Shown here piece by piece: positions 43,927 to 53,240 of a stretch of 53,290 nt of DNA. Both the position numbers and the translations under genes were made by a program. The notes below the pieces were generated by a model. That model was not told the DNA's origin, did no database searches, and was given only the letters and a program-made list of their open reading frames with translations. This stretch comes from a virus. Where the stretch lies: UHGV virus genome UHGV-0119950; one strand, given 5' to 3'. Position 1 is the first letter of the stretch, and each line of letters begins with the position of its first letter.

Positions 43927-44411
43927 CCAGTCCGACTTTAAAACGACTGTACGCCTCTTCCGGTGAAGAGGTCATTATCAAAACTTTGCAGATCAACATC
44001 GGTGATGATGTCATGTATCTCTGCGATGGCTACGACAATATAACAGCGACGACGGAAACTGGTGAAGAGGTCACATTCATCGCCAGCGCCATCGATGTTG
44101 CGCTACCGGCGCGGAACAGTGACGGCACGCAGGACTTGCAGTTTGCTGTCTCAAACATCAAAGGAGAAGCATCCACATCCGTGCGTAGCGCGCTGGAAAA
44201 TCTACGTGGCGCCACGGTGACCTACCGACAATATACATCCGATGATTTAGCTGCCCCCGCAGAACGTCCATACACGCTAACTGTGAAAAATGGGTACTGG
44301 ACCGCGACGCAGGCGCAAATTATCGCTGGATATATGAACGTGCTGGATACTGGATGGCCCCGCTATAGCTACACACTCCCGTTCTATCCGGGCTTGCGTT
44401 ACATGAGTTAA
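43923..44411 (+). CDS. Minor tail protein (L-like position; DUF1833-like)
   Basis: 162 aa, ATGA coupling. Confidence 0.65.
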   Translation: MTSPTLKRLYASSGEEVIIKTLQINIGDDVMYLCDGYDNITATTETGEEVTFIASAIDVALPARNSDGTQDLQFAVSNIKGEASTSVRSALENLRGATVTYRQYTSDDLAAPAERPYTLTVKNGYWTATQAQIIAGYMNVLDTGWPRYSYTLPFYPGLRYMS

Positions 44412-44469
44412 TGTTCAGCCATAAATTACTTGATAAGATAAGGTTCTTCTTATTGACAGGGATAGAAAA

Positions 44470-44982
44470 GTGAAACGATTTTTGCTGGTTTCTGCCGTAA
44501 TTTTACTGGCCGGATGTTCGGCTAAATACAATACGAACAATATTCAGAGCAACACTGAGCAGTTAGTCAAAGATGCTCCAGTTGCTATTTCTATGCCATC
44601 TGATGGGGTATATGAAACCCGCACATATGCTGGCTCTGGAAATTCGACAGCGACTGCATTAAAAGCTGCTTTTTTGCGACATTCAGATAACGTAGCGATT
44701 TACGCTGATTGTGAAGATGTTACTTGTCTGAAAAATAATCATACAATCCATCATGGATACTACGTTGTTCCTCAGATATTGCATTGGGAGGACAGGGCTA
44801 CTGAGTGGTCAGGAATTCCAGATAAAATTGAAGTGAAAATTACAATTTATAATGCAGAATCCAACAATCGGATTGCCTCAACGATTATTAGCGGGAAAAG
44901 TAAGTGGGCAACATTTGGTGGTGATCATCCGCAAGACTTGTTGCCAGAGCCAGTAAACTCGTACATCTCCAGCCTGTATTAA
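44470..44982 (+). CDS. Lipoprotein moron inside the tail module
   Basis: GTG start. Signal peptide MKRFLLVSAVILLAGC (lipobox LAGC). AT-rich, own terminator. Confidence 0.8.
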   Translation: MKRFLLVSAVILLAGCSAKYNTNNIQSNTEQLVKDAPVAISMPSDGVYETRTYAGSGNSTATALKAAFLRHSDNVAIYADCEDVTCLKNNHTIHHGYYVVPQILHWEDRATEWSGIPDKIEVKITIYNAESNNRIASTIISGKSKWATFGGDHPQDLLPEPVNSYISSLY

Positions 44983-45005
44983 ACCGTCAGTAAACTACAT
45001 TTCAA

Positions 45006-45028
45006 ACCCCGTATAAACGGGGTTTTTT
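45006..45028 (+). terminator. Intrinsic terminator
   Basis: CCCCG-TATAAA-CGGGG followed by T6. Confidence 0.85.
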
Positions 45029-45051
45029 ATTGCCTGAAATTCGGAGGCTTA

Positions 45052-45432
45052 ATGTTCAATCAAGATAAATACCTTTCGGTCAGATGGCTGAAGGGCGGTC
45101 GCGCTTACCCTGAACTTGACTGTTTCGGCATTGTGAATGAGGTGCGTCGCGATCTGGGGCTTCATGAGTGGCCGGATTTCGCCGGAGTGACGAAAGATAG
45201 TGGAGGGCTTAATCGAGAAGCGAGGAAACTGATGCTTTCCCTACAACGCTGCGAGCCATGTGAAGGTGCGGGTGTTGCCTGCTATTCAGGCTCAACTGTT
45301 ACGCATGTCGGCGTTGTCGTGGTGCTTAATGGCCGTCTGCATGTGGCCGAATGCAACCCTAAATCCAACGTTTCTTTTACGCCGGTGGCGCAGTTTGTTC
45401 GCCGCTTCGTTAAAGTGGAGTTCTGGAAGTGA
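45052..45432 (+). CDS. Tail tip NlpC/P60-family protein (K-like)
   Basis: 126 aa. LDCFGIV (catalytic Cys context) and VTHVGVVV (His) are as in NlpC/P60 tail proteins. Confidence 0.7.
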   Translation: MFNQDKYLSVRWLKGGRAYPELDCFGIVNEVRRDLGLHEWPDFAGVTKDSGGLNREARKLMLSLQRCEPCEGAGVACYSGSTVTHVGVVVVLNGRLHVAECNPKSNVSFTPVAQFVRRFVKVEFWK

Positions 45433-48146
45433 CCATCAGAATTTATCCTTCCCGGTTACCCGGCGAGCCGCTGGAAACGCATGAACATGGTGCGGTGACT
45501 ATTCATCAGTGGATGGCGCGGAATGTTGAAAATTACCGCGCTGACATGAAGCATCCGATCGCCATTGAAGTGGACGGCGTGAATATCCCGGCTGCTGCAT
45601 GGTTTGATTATGCGATCAGCCCGAAAAGTGATGTGCGCATTTATCCGGTCCCTCATGGCGCCGTTGCGCTGGCGTGGATTGCCGTTGCTGTTTCGGTCGC
45701 ATCTGTTGCTTATGCGCTGTTCTTTGCGCCTGGCGCATCAGATCCCGGTGGTTTCTCTTCGTCGACAGGCGATTCACTGGACGTTAACCCGGCAAAAGCG
45801 AACCGTGCAAAGCTGGGTGATCCAATTCGCGAGTTGTTCGGACGCCGCCGAATTTACCCCGATTACGTAGTGCAACCGGTAACCCGCTTCAGCCCGGACG
45901 ATCCGACAGTGATGACCGTTGAAATGTTCGTTGCTCTGGGATTCGGACAATTTTCATTCGGCGAAGGGGATATGCGCGTCGGCGCCACGCCAGTTTCATC
46001 GCTTGGTGATGGTTTCGCATACACCGTTTTTCAGCCGGGCCAGAATGTGGCTGGTGATCGCCGTAGTGAAAACTGGTTTAACTCTACCGAGGTTGGCGGG
46101 ACGTCATCGGGTGCCGGGCTGGATATGGCCCAGACCGCACCGGATACGGATGATGTGTTAGCGCAGTCACTGACGGTGTCGGGAAGCACAATCACGTTTA
46201 ACGGATTAAGCGCTGATGATGATACTGCAACAAACGAGCTGCCTGATTCGTGGATTGCTGGCGCAACGGTTGAGCTAATCGTACCCGATCAGTTTGTTGT
46301 TACCAATGATGGCGCATACAGCCGCATTACCAGTGACAATCTGGCGGAAATAGCCCCTTACGTCGGAATGCCGGTAACGCTCTGGTACAACAGCGTCGAC
46401 TACAGTCTGTTTATCGCTTCGTATACGCCGCATGCAGACGCGACAGAGGAAGAAGAGGAAGTCACCGCGTCGATAACGCTGGCTTATGAGAGTGAAACCG
46501 GCGCGCCTTTTACGGGTATTCCTGAGGGGTATATCAGGCTTTCCGTTTCTCACGCTGGGTATCAGTACAAAATTTTCGATGTGGACGGCACCAGTGTAAC
46601 TCTTCAACGCTTGATTGATGGTGTTGTCGATAACACATGGCCGGGTTTCGTGGCGCGCACCGTGCTTGATTTTGAGGCATCTGGCGTTAACCAGAACGAC
46701 TCCTGGATGGGCCCGTTTCTGGCATGCCCGGATAATGAAACCATCGACATGTTTGAAGTGAATTTCTTCTTCCCGAATGGCATTTGCGGATACGACAAAA
46801 AAGGGAGAAAACAAAACAGAACGGTTCGCTGGGAAGTTCAGTACCGCGTTTATGGCTCTGGTTCGGGATGGATGAGCAAAACCGGTTCGTATAACACAAA
46901 AAATATTAATGGCCTTGGTTTCACTGAGCGCATCACGCTGAGTTCTCCCGGCCTTGTTGAAGTGCGGTGCCGACGCACTAACGAACAGGGGCAGGATAAC
47001 AGCCGCGATAATATGTACTGGCAATCATTGCGTGGCCGCCTGCTGACCAGACCGTCATCGTACGCTGGCGTAACGACTATGGGGGTCACGGTGGAAACCG
47101 GCGGCAAGCTGGCGGCGCAGTCCGATCGCCGGGTGAACGTGGTAGCCACAAGGATTTACGACACTGGCGCGGCGCGCAGCATATCCGGCGCGCTGTACCA
47201 CGTTGGTAACTCGTTGGGGCTGGATATGGACACCGACGCCATTAATGCGCTGGAAAGCGCGTACTGGACGCCTGACAATGAGTTTTTTGACTTCGAGACG
47301 ACCGATAGTACATCTGCGCTGGAGGTTTTACAGAAGATCGCCAACGCCGGGAAAAGCTATTTTCTGCTGGCAGACGGGCTTGCCTCGGTTGCGCGCGAAG
47401 GCGTTAAGCCCTGGTCGGGGGTTATCAGTCCGCATGAGATGACCGAGGATCTGCAAACCGCGTTTGTGGCTCCTTCTGACGACGACTATGACGGCGTGGA
47501 TGTTACGTATATCAACGGAACGACATGGGCGGAGGAAACGGTACAGTGCCGGACACCGGATAATCCAACGCCCGTAAAAATCGAAGACTATACGCTTGAT
47601 GGCGTGCTAGACCGGGACCGGGCATATCAGATCGGCATGCGGCGGCTGATTAAGTACCTACAGCAACGGCTGACGCATACGACATTAACCGAACTGGACG
47701 CCCTTTGCTATAACGTCGGCGACCGCATAGTGCTGACAGACGATATTCCTGGCAATAAAACCATTTCCTGTCTGGTTGATGAAATGACAACCGAAAATGC
47801 GCTGACAACATTCACGGTAACCGAGCCATTGGATTGGAGTTATGAAAACCCGCGAGTGATCATCCGATTTCAGGACGGGACCGCATCATCTCTTCTTACG
47901 GCAATCAGGGCTGGTGATTATCAGGTGACGGTGCGATACCTGAATGAATTTGCTGAAATCGTCCTCAATGATCCGGCTATTGAGCCACCACGCCTTATTT
48001 TTTGCGACTCTTCGCGCGTTGGCTATAACGCCATTATCTCTGAGATCGCGCCTCAATCTGATGGCACATGCCAGATAACGGCGAAACAGTATAAACCCAG
48101 CTTCTACGATTACGACAATGCCACTTATCCCGGCAACGTCGTATAA
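45429..48146 (+). CDS. Host-specificity / central tail tip protein (J-like)
   Basis: 905 aa. GTG start overlaps the upstream stop. Position after the K-like gene. Confidence 0.8.
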   Translation: MTIRIYPSRLPGEPLETHEHGAVTIHQWMARNVENYRADMKHPIAIEVDGVNIPAAAWFDYAISPKSDVRIYPVPHGAVALAWIAVAVSVASVAYALFFAPGASDPGGFSSSTGDSLDVNPAKANRAKLGDPIRELFGRRRIYPDYVVQPVTRFSPDDPTVMTVEMFVALGFGQFSFGEGDMRVGATPVSSLGDGFAYTVFQPGQNVAGDRRSENWFNSTEVGGTSSGAGLDMAQTAPDTDDVLAQSLTVSGSTITFNGLSADDDTATNELPDSWIAGATVELIVPDQFVVTNDGAYSRITSDNLAEIAPYVGMPVTLWYNSVDYSLFIASYTPHADATEEEEEVTASITLAYESETGAPFTGIPEGYIRLSVSHAGYQYKIFDVDGTSVTLQRLIDGVVDNTWPGFVARTVLDFEASGVNQNDSWMGPFLACPDNETIDMFEVNFFFPNGICGYDKKGRKQNRTVRWEVQYRVYGSGSGWMSKTGSYNTKNINGLGFTERITLSSPGLVEVRCRRTNEQGQDNSRDNMYWQSLRGRLLTRPSSYAGVTTMGVTVETGGKLAAQSDRRVNVVATRIYDTGAARSISGALYHVGNSLGLDMDTDAINALESAYWTPDNEFFDFETTDSTSALEVLQKIANAGKSYFLLADGLASVAREGVKPWSGVISPHEMTEDLQTAFVAPSDDDYDGVDVTYINGTTWAEETVQCRTPDNPTPVKIEDYTLDGVLDRDRAYQIGMRRLIKYLQQRLTHTTLTELDALCYNVGDRIVLTDDIPGNKTISCLVDEMTTENALTTFTVTEPLDWSYENPRVIIRFQDGTASSLLTAIRAGDYQVTVRYLNEFAEIVLNDPAIEPPRLIFCDSSRVGYNAIISEIAPQSDGTCQITAKQYKPSFYDYDNATYPGNVV

Positions 48147-48166
48147 CAACAATCTCTCCAATACAG

Positions 48167-48187
48167 ACCCGCTCCGGCGGGTTTTTT
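48167..48187 (+). terminator. Intrinsic terminator
   Basis: ACCCGC-TCCG-GCGGGT followed by T-run. Confidence 0.8.
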
Positions 48188-48203
48188 CGTTTATGAGGCC
48201 CAT

Positions 48204-50165
48204 ATGACGACTTACAACACCGGCAATCCGCTGGGGTCTGCTGCTGCAAAAGATTTGTACGATAACGCCCAGAACCTTGATCACCTTTCAAATGACCAGG
48301 AAAATGAGCTATGGCCTGATCGTTTTGGTAAAAATCGCCTTACATGGCACGGAATGGAAGAGCGTTATAAAACAGCGCTCGCAAACCTCGGTTTAAATCC
48401 TGTCGGGACATTTCAGGGCGGGGCGGTTATTAATTCCGCCGGTGACATCATCCAGGATGAAACAACAGGCGCATGGTATCGCTGGGATGATCTCACGACC
48501 CTGCCGAAAACCGTTCCATCTGGTTCTACTCCAGATTCATCCGGCGGCACAGGTGTCGGAAAATGGCTGGCCGTAGATGTCAGCGATGTGTTGAGAAAAC
48601 AACTTGCTGAAGAAGGAAGTCAGGTTCTCATTTCTGGTGAAACCGCTGACGATGTGGCTCTTGCTTCAAAAACGGCTAAACTTTTATCACAGTATTCACA
48701 TGTTCGTAGTTATTCTGATGATAGCGAAAAAATACTTAATATCTTTGATAATGAAAATTGCTCTCTCGAAGGTGGAGTGTACTACTTAAATGATTCCTTC
48801 GACTTCATAGGTAATAAAAATATTAGAGTTAATAAAGACACGACAATTAATGTAACCGGAGAAATAGATCAACTATTTAGATTCCTTGGTCATGTGGCAT
48901 GGGATGGGTTAGGTAAGCTTACTATTAATGCAAATCATTTTGACAAGCCTGACAGAACTGAGTCTATTCTTTGCTTTCCAAATTATATCCCAACCCTTAA
49001 TAATATTGATATCCATGGAGCTAACGGGCTTTCTGTTCTGGTCGGAATGCCTAGTTTTGGACCCGGAGCACCTGTTGCACAAGGTATCGGATATATAAAA
49101 AATGTACGTACATTTGATTGTGGAAAGGGGGTGCATGTATATGGTAATGTTAATAAAGATACCACAATTATTACAGAGAATCTTTATACCGATAATTTAA
49201 CTGGTTATCTGAATGGCAATGGAAACGGTGGCGGCGGAAATACTTTTTATCTTTCGTATCATCGCCAGGCTAAAAACATCGGTGGATACTTTGAGCATCA
49301 TCCTGACAGCTATGGATCAAATATCAACAGGAGTCTTTATGGAGCCTACGAGGGTGGATGGTTTCAAGGGGCTGATGGAACTCAGTCGCGGGGCCCAACT
49401 TTTGGTGAGGATCTCGAGTATGGTGCGATATATGGCGGAGGTGTTTCAAGAAATTGTGGCTTTGCTGCAATTTCCGCTGACATCAGAAAATCAGATGGCT
49501 CATATCCGATTTCTAGAGTTTTAATTGACGGGTGGACTGCTATAGAGTGTGGTAGAACTATATATTCTCAGGCGCAAGATCTCAGTTTCGGAAATATTCA
49601 CACAAAGGAATCTAAGTCTGGTGATTTTTTGATAAGGATTAATGGTGCAACTCCTAAATCAGTTAAGCAAACTGGTGTGGTAACAGCGTTTAATGGAACA
49701 TCGTCGACAAAACCTACTCTTATTTGGGCGGATAAGACCACATCTTTGTATCTGATTCCTGAACAGATAGTCTCTGATGATACCGTTAACATTAACGTGC
49801 CTGTAGTAGCTGATAACTCAACATCCACAGGATCGGAAATAAATATAGGAACCCAGTATCCCATTGTTACTCAAGATTATATAATCCCGAACATGCGTAG
49901 AGTAACGGAGGTTGATATGTCTTTAGTTTCATCAGTCATAACACTCAGACTTCCAGCAGCAAATCTAAGCAATATAAAAGGTATGCAGCATAAAATTTAT
50001 GTGAGAGGTGGCAATGGAACAAAAATATTACGAATTACGGTTAATAATGCGGATGGTACAATAAATGGAGCCACCGGATACATTGATTTTACACCACAAG
50101 CAGGATCTGTGCGTGTTATTGATTGCCTGAACAAAGGTTCAGGCAATTACCTTGTAACCACGTAA
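48204..50165 (+). CDS. Tailspike / tail fibre with conserved N-terminal adaptor and AT-rich C-terminal beta-helix-like receptor-binding (depolymerase-type) domain
   Basis: 653 aa. The N-terminus MTTYNTGNPLGSAAAKDLYDNAQNLDHLSN is typical of enterobacterial phage spike/fibre anchors. The C-terminal part is Asn/Gly/Thr-rich with short repetitive strands. Confidence 0.8.
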   Translation: MTTYNTGNPLGSAAAKDLYDNAQNLDHLSNDQENELWPDRFGKNRLTWHGMEERYKTALANLGLNPVGTFQGGAVINSAGDIIQDETTGAWYRWDDLTTLPKTVPSGSTPDSSGGTGVGKWLAVDVSDVLRKQLAEEGSQVLISGETADDVALASKTAKLLSQYSHVRSYSDDSEKILNIFDNENCSLEGGVYYLNDSFDFIGNKNIRVNKDTTINVTGEIDQLFRFLGHVAWDGLGKLTINANHFDKPDRTESILCFPNYIPTLNNIDIHGANGLSVLVGMPSFGPGAPVAQGIGYIKNVRTFDCGKGVHVYGNVNKDTTIITENLYTDNLTGYLNGNGNGGGGNTFYLSYHRQAKNIGGYFEHHPDSYGSNINRSLYGAYEGGWFQGADGTQSRGPTFGEDLEYGAIYGGGVSRNCGFAAISADIRKSDGSYPISRVLIDGWTAIECGRTIYSQAQDLSFGNIHTKESKSGDFLIRINGATPKSVKQTGVVTAFNGTSSTKPTLIWADKTTSLYLIPEQIVSDDTVNINVPVVADNSTSTGSEINIGTQYPIVTQDYIIPNMRRVTEVDMSLVSSVITLRLPAANLSNIKGMQHKIYVRGGNGTKILRITVNNADGTINGATGYIDFTPQAGSVRVIDCLNKGSGNYLVTT

Positions 50166-50176
50166 TGCCGATTATT

Positions 50177-51262
50177 TTACGTATTTACGATATTTTTCTT
50201 AACTTTTGCAGCGCGCGGCGCTAAATGCCGCGCCACTTTCCTTGAAGGTTCTTCTACAATGTGGAAAAGTATATGCGAAATGGCGAAACTTACGCCAACA
50301 ATCAACAAAACATTTGAGAATCCAAGTTTAGGATTATAAAATGGCACGGGAAGGTATTTTTTAAGAAGTACAGTTATTACTATTGTATGTACAAGATAAA
50401 GCGAATAAGAAACGTTGCCCATCCAGTCAAGGATTTTATTTAATTTTATCTCTCTTGTTGTTTCGAATATTGAAAGAGAAAGCAAAAGCATAAAAGCATA
50501 AACACCACAATTTAGCAATCCGTGACCGCCATTATATCCAGACATATAGAAGAATATAAATGCAAAAACAGAAATAAAGAGTAACGGCGCTGATATATTT
50601 TTGAAAGAGTGAATTTTTGCATAGTTATAGATCTGATAGATAACCATCCCAGCGACGAACTCAAGTAGCATTGGCGATGCGAACAGTTTTAGCACCCATG
50701 GGGCGCTAGGGTCGTTTAATGTTGAATATCCACTAAGATTAATCTCACCATTATATAGTATTCCCAAAATAGATACTGAAGCAATTATTATTGCAGTGCT
50801 AATATAAAATCTATTCTTCCAGGAAATCGACATCGCAAATGAAAATATGATGTAAAAAATTATCTCATACGTCAGAGTCCAGGCAGTTGATATCACCGAA
50901 TAACCGAACCAAGGGGCTGATTTCTCAAAGTTTAAGTTAATAAAGAAAAGGGCTTTTAGATAATTAATATCTATCGGCTTTGTGAATATTAATGCGCATG
51001 ACACCAGACATATAAAATAAACAGGGTATAATCTAAAAAAACGCTTCACAATAAATGAACGAACAGAGGAGTCCTTTTCTGTTGACAACATGATTACAAA
51101 TCCACTTATCATGAAAAAAAGATCCACTCCTATGTATCCATAGTTAAACAATATGTTACCCAAATTGCTCTGAGCATAAATATTGTTCAATTCTCCACGG
51201 GCATGATATAAGACGACAAGCAAAGCAGCTATTCCACGGAGGTATTGCAAAGAATAAAGCAT
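50177..51262 (-). CDS. Acyltransferase family 3 membrane protein (O-antigen acetyltransferase-like, Oac/OafA type)
   Basis: 361 aa, about 10 hydrophobic segments. N-terminal LQYLRGIAALLVVLYH motif typical of acyltransferase_3. Very AT-rich, convergent with the tailspike. Confidence 0.85.
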   Translation of the reverse strand: MLYSLQYLRGIAALLVVLYHARGELNNIYAQSNLGNILFNYGYIGVDLFFMISGFVIMLSTEKDSSVRSFIVKRFFRLYPVYFICLVSCALIFTKPIDINYLKALFFINLNFEKSAPWFGYSVISTAWTLTYEIIFYIIFSFAMSISWKNRFYISTAIIIASVSILGILYNGEINLSGYSTLNDPSAPWVLKLFASPMLLEFVAGMVIYQIYNYAKIHSFKNISAPLLFISVFAFIFFYMSGYNGGHGLLNCGVYAFMLLLSLSIFETTREIKLNKILDWMGNVSYSLYLVHTIVITVLLKKYLPVPFYNPKLGFSNVLLIVGVSFAISHILFHIVEEPSRKVARHLAPRAAKVKKNIVNT

Positions 51263-51515
51263 TTTATTAGCCTTGGTTGTTTATTTTTTAATAGTAAGAA
51301 ATTTATCAATTCTAGCATTCATCCCGCTTGTGAGCGACAATTTTGTTAACATTATGTCATTGTGATGGGTGCGCATTTAAAAAATCATTACTGGTGGTTG
51401 CCTGCTGCTGACTTCCCACCTGACCAATCACCCATAAAACTAAATTTCACCTCCCGCCAGTCACTTACTGTTTCATTCACTCTTAGGGGCTTGATTGCTG
51501 CCACCGATGCAATAA

Positions 51516-51535
51516 TACTGTATGTATAGACAGTG
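51516..51535. promoter_or_regulatory. LexA (SOS) box upstream of umuD
   Basis: TACTGTATGTATAGACAGTG contains CTGT-N8-ACAG. Lies 18 nt upstream of the umuD ATG. Confidence 0.85.
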
Positions 51536-51552
51536 TCATTGAGGTGATTATC

Positions 51553-51972
51553 ATGCAGTTTTTCACGCCTACAGAACCACGCCAGATAGTGTCGCTCCCA
51601 ATGTTTAGTGATCTTGTGCAATGCGGGTTTCCTTCGCCAGCCGCAGATTACGTTGAGTCGCGTATAGACCTTAACGAATTGCTGGTGCGGCACCCAAGCG
51701 CGACGTATTTCGTAAAGTCCACTGGAGATTCTATGCGTGATGCTGGAATCGGCGAGGGCGATTTGTTGGTAGTCGACAGTTCACGAAAAGCAGGGCATGG
51801 AGACATTGTCATTGCAGCGGTCGATGGTGAGTTCACAGTTAAGCGCCTGTTGCTGCATCCGGTTGTCATGCTAAAGCCTGAAAACTCTGTGTATAAACCA
51901 ATCATGATTGGGAGTGAAGACAATCTGGAGGTTTTTGGCGTCGTAACTTACATCGTGAAGTCTGCTGACTGA
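51553..51972 (+). CDS. umuD: Translesion polymerase V accessory subunit UmuD
   Basis: 139 aa from MQFFTP (SD GAGG). [38 protein letters not shown] and [15 protein letters not shown] match E. coli UmuD as remembered. Confidence 0.95.
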   Translation: MQFFTPTEPRQIVSLPMFSDLVQCGFPSPAADYVESRIDLNELLVRHPSATYFVKSTGDSMRDAGIGEGDLLVVDSSRKAGHGDIVIAAVDGEFTVKRLLLHPVVMLKPENSVYKPIMIGSEDNLEVFGVVTYIVKSAD

Positions 51973-51974
51973 GT

Positions 51975-53240
51975 ATGTTTGCGCTCGTGGATGTGAACAG
52001 TTTTTATGCGAGCTGTGAAACGGTATTCAGGCCAGACCTCAAAGGAAGGCCGGTAGTCGTTCTCTCTAACAACGATGGCTGTGTCATTGCGCGTTCGGCA
52101 GCAGCGAAGCCCTTTGTGAAAATGGGGGAGCCCTATTTCAAACAAAAAGAGACTTTTCGCCGTCACGGCATCGTCGCGTTCTCCAGTAACTATGAGCTTT
52201 ACGCTGATATGTCGAACCGCGTAATGACAACGCTGGAAGAAATGAGTCCTCGCGTCGAAATTTACAGCATAGACGAGGCATTTTGCGATCTTACTGGTGT
52301 GAGAAACTGCCGTGACCTTACTGAGTTTGGCCGGGAGATCCGCACTACAGTATTACAGCGTACACATCTCACCGTCGGTGTCGGTATTGCGCAGACAAAA
52401 ACCCTCGCGAAACTGGCTAACTATGCGGCAAAGAAGTGGCAACGACAGACTGGCGGCGTTGTTGATTTATCGAACCTTGATCGTCAGCGTAAACTCATGG
52501 CAGTACTGCCTGTTGATGATGTATGGGGTATCGGGCGACGCATTGGCAAGAAACTTCAGGCGATGGGCATCAAAACTGCTCTTGACCTGGCTGATACAGA
52601 TGGCCGGTTTATCAGGAAGCATTTCAATATTGTGCTCGAAAGAACGGTACGCGAGCTGCGTGGTGAGCCGTGTCTGGAACTGGAAGAGTTTGCACCAGTA
52701 AAGCAGGAGATCGTCTGCTCACGCTCTTTCAGTGGTCGTATCACTGCTTACGAAGAGATACGCCAGGCGATATGCAGCTACGCATCACGCGCAGCGGAAA
52801 AGTTACGGGGCGAGCATCAGTATTGCCGGTTTATCTCCGCGTTCGTGAAGACAAGCCCGTTTGCACTGAACGAACCGTATTACGGCAACAGTGCCTCTGT
52901 GAAGCTTCTGACCCCGACGCAGGACAGCCGGGACATTATCGACGCGGCCACGCGATGCCTGGATGCTGTCTGGAAAGACGGACACAGGTATCAGAAGGCT
53001 GGTGTGATGCTTGGTGACTTCTTCAGCCAGGGCGTGGCGCAACTAAATCTGTTTGATGACAACGCACCGCGCGCTGGTAGCGAAAAACTGATGGAAGTGC
53101 TGGATCATCTCAATGCCAAAGACGGCAGAGGAACACTGTATTTCGCAGGGCAGGGCATACAACAGCAATGGCAGATGAAACGGGAGATGCTCTCACCGCG
53201 ATATACCACTCGATATGAAGACCTTTTATGTGTTAAGTGA
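51975..53240 (+). CDS. umuC: Translesion DNA polymerase V catalytic subunit UmuC
   Basis: 421 aa. MFALVDVNSFYASCETVFRPDL...VVVLSNNDGCVIAR...YSIDEAFCDLTGV is closely parallel to E. coli UmuC as remembered. Confidence 0.96.
   Translation: MFALVDVNSFYASCETVFRPDLKGRPVVVLSNNDGCVIARSAAAKPFVKMGEPYFKQKETFRRHGIVAFSSNYELYADMSNRVMTTLEEMSPRVEIYSIDEAFCDLTGVRNCRDLTEFGREIRTTVLQRTHLTVGVGIAQTKTLAKLANYAAKKWQRQTGGVVDLSNLDRQRKLMAVLPVDDVWGIGRRIGKKLQAMGIKTALDLADTDGRFIRKHFNIVLERTVRELRGEPCLELEEFAPVKQEIVCSRSFSGRITAYEEIRQAICSYASRAAEKLRGEHQYCRFISAFVKTSPFALNEPYYGNSASVKLLTPTQDSRDIIDAATRCLDAVWKDGHRYQKAGVMLGDFFSQGVAQLNLFDDNAPRAGSEKLMEVLDHLNAKDGRGTLYFAGQGIQQQWQMKREMLSPRYTTRYEDLLCVK

Larger units (their letters stand above)
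771..51300. mobile_element. Integrated lambdoid (Rac/Gifsy-like early region, siphovirus late region) prophage; both ends approximate, right end not determined
   Basis: Complete ordered set of int/xis, recombination, immunity, replication, nin, Q, lysis, packaging, head and tail genes. Left junction inferred where similarity to the remembered phoP leader stops (about 771-797). No direct repeat found for attR. Confidence 0.8.

Noticed and set aside
46275-47024. 249-aa minus-strand ORF inside the J-like tail gene
   Set aside because: It is antisense to a 905-aa structural gene in a tightly packed late operon. Its composition looks like a reverse-frame artefact, and it has no start context.
51263-51552. 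Possible attR direct repeat of the 725-800 junction sequence
   Set aside because: Only weak, gapped resemblance was found (TTAAC...TGTG segments), plus an inverted AAATTTCA match. Nothing amounts to a core repeat, so the right boundary is left open.
51388-51693. 101-aa minus-strand ORF overlapping the umuD promoter and 5-prime end
   Set aside because: It overlaps the LexA box and the well-supported umuD gene. It has no SD and no recognisable protein character.
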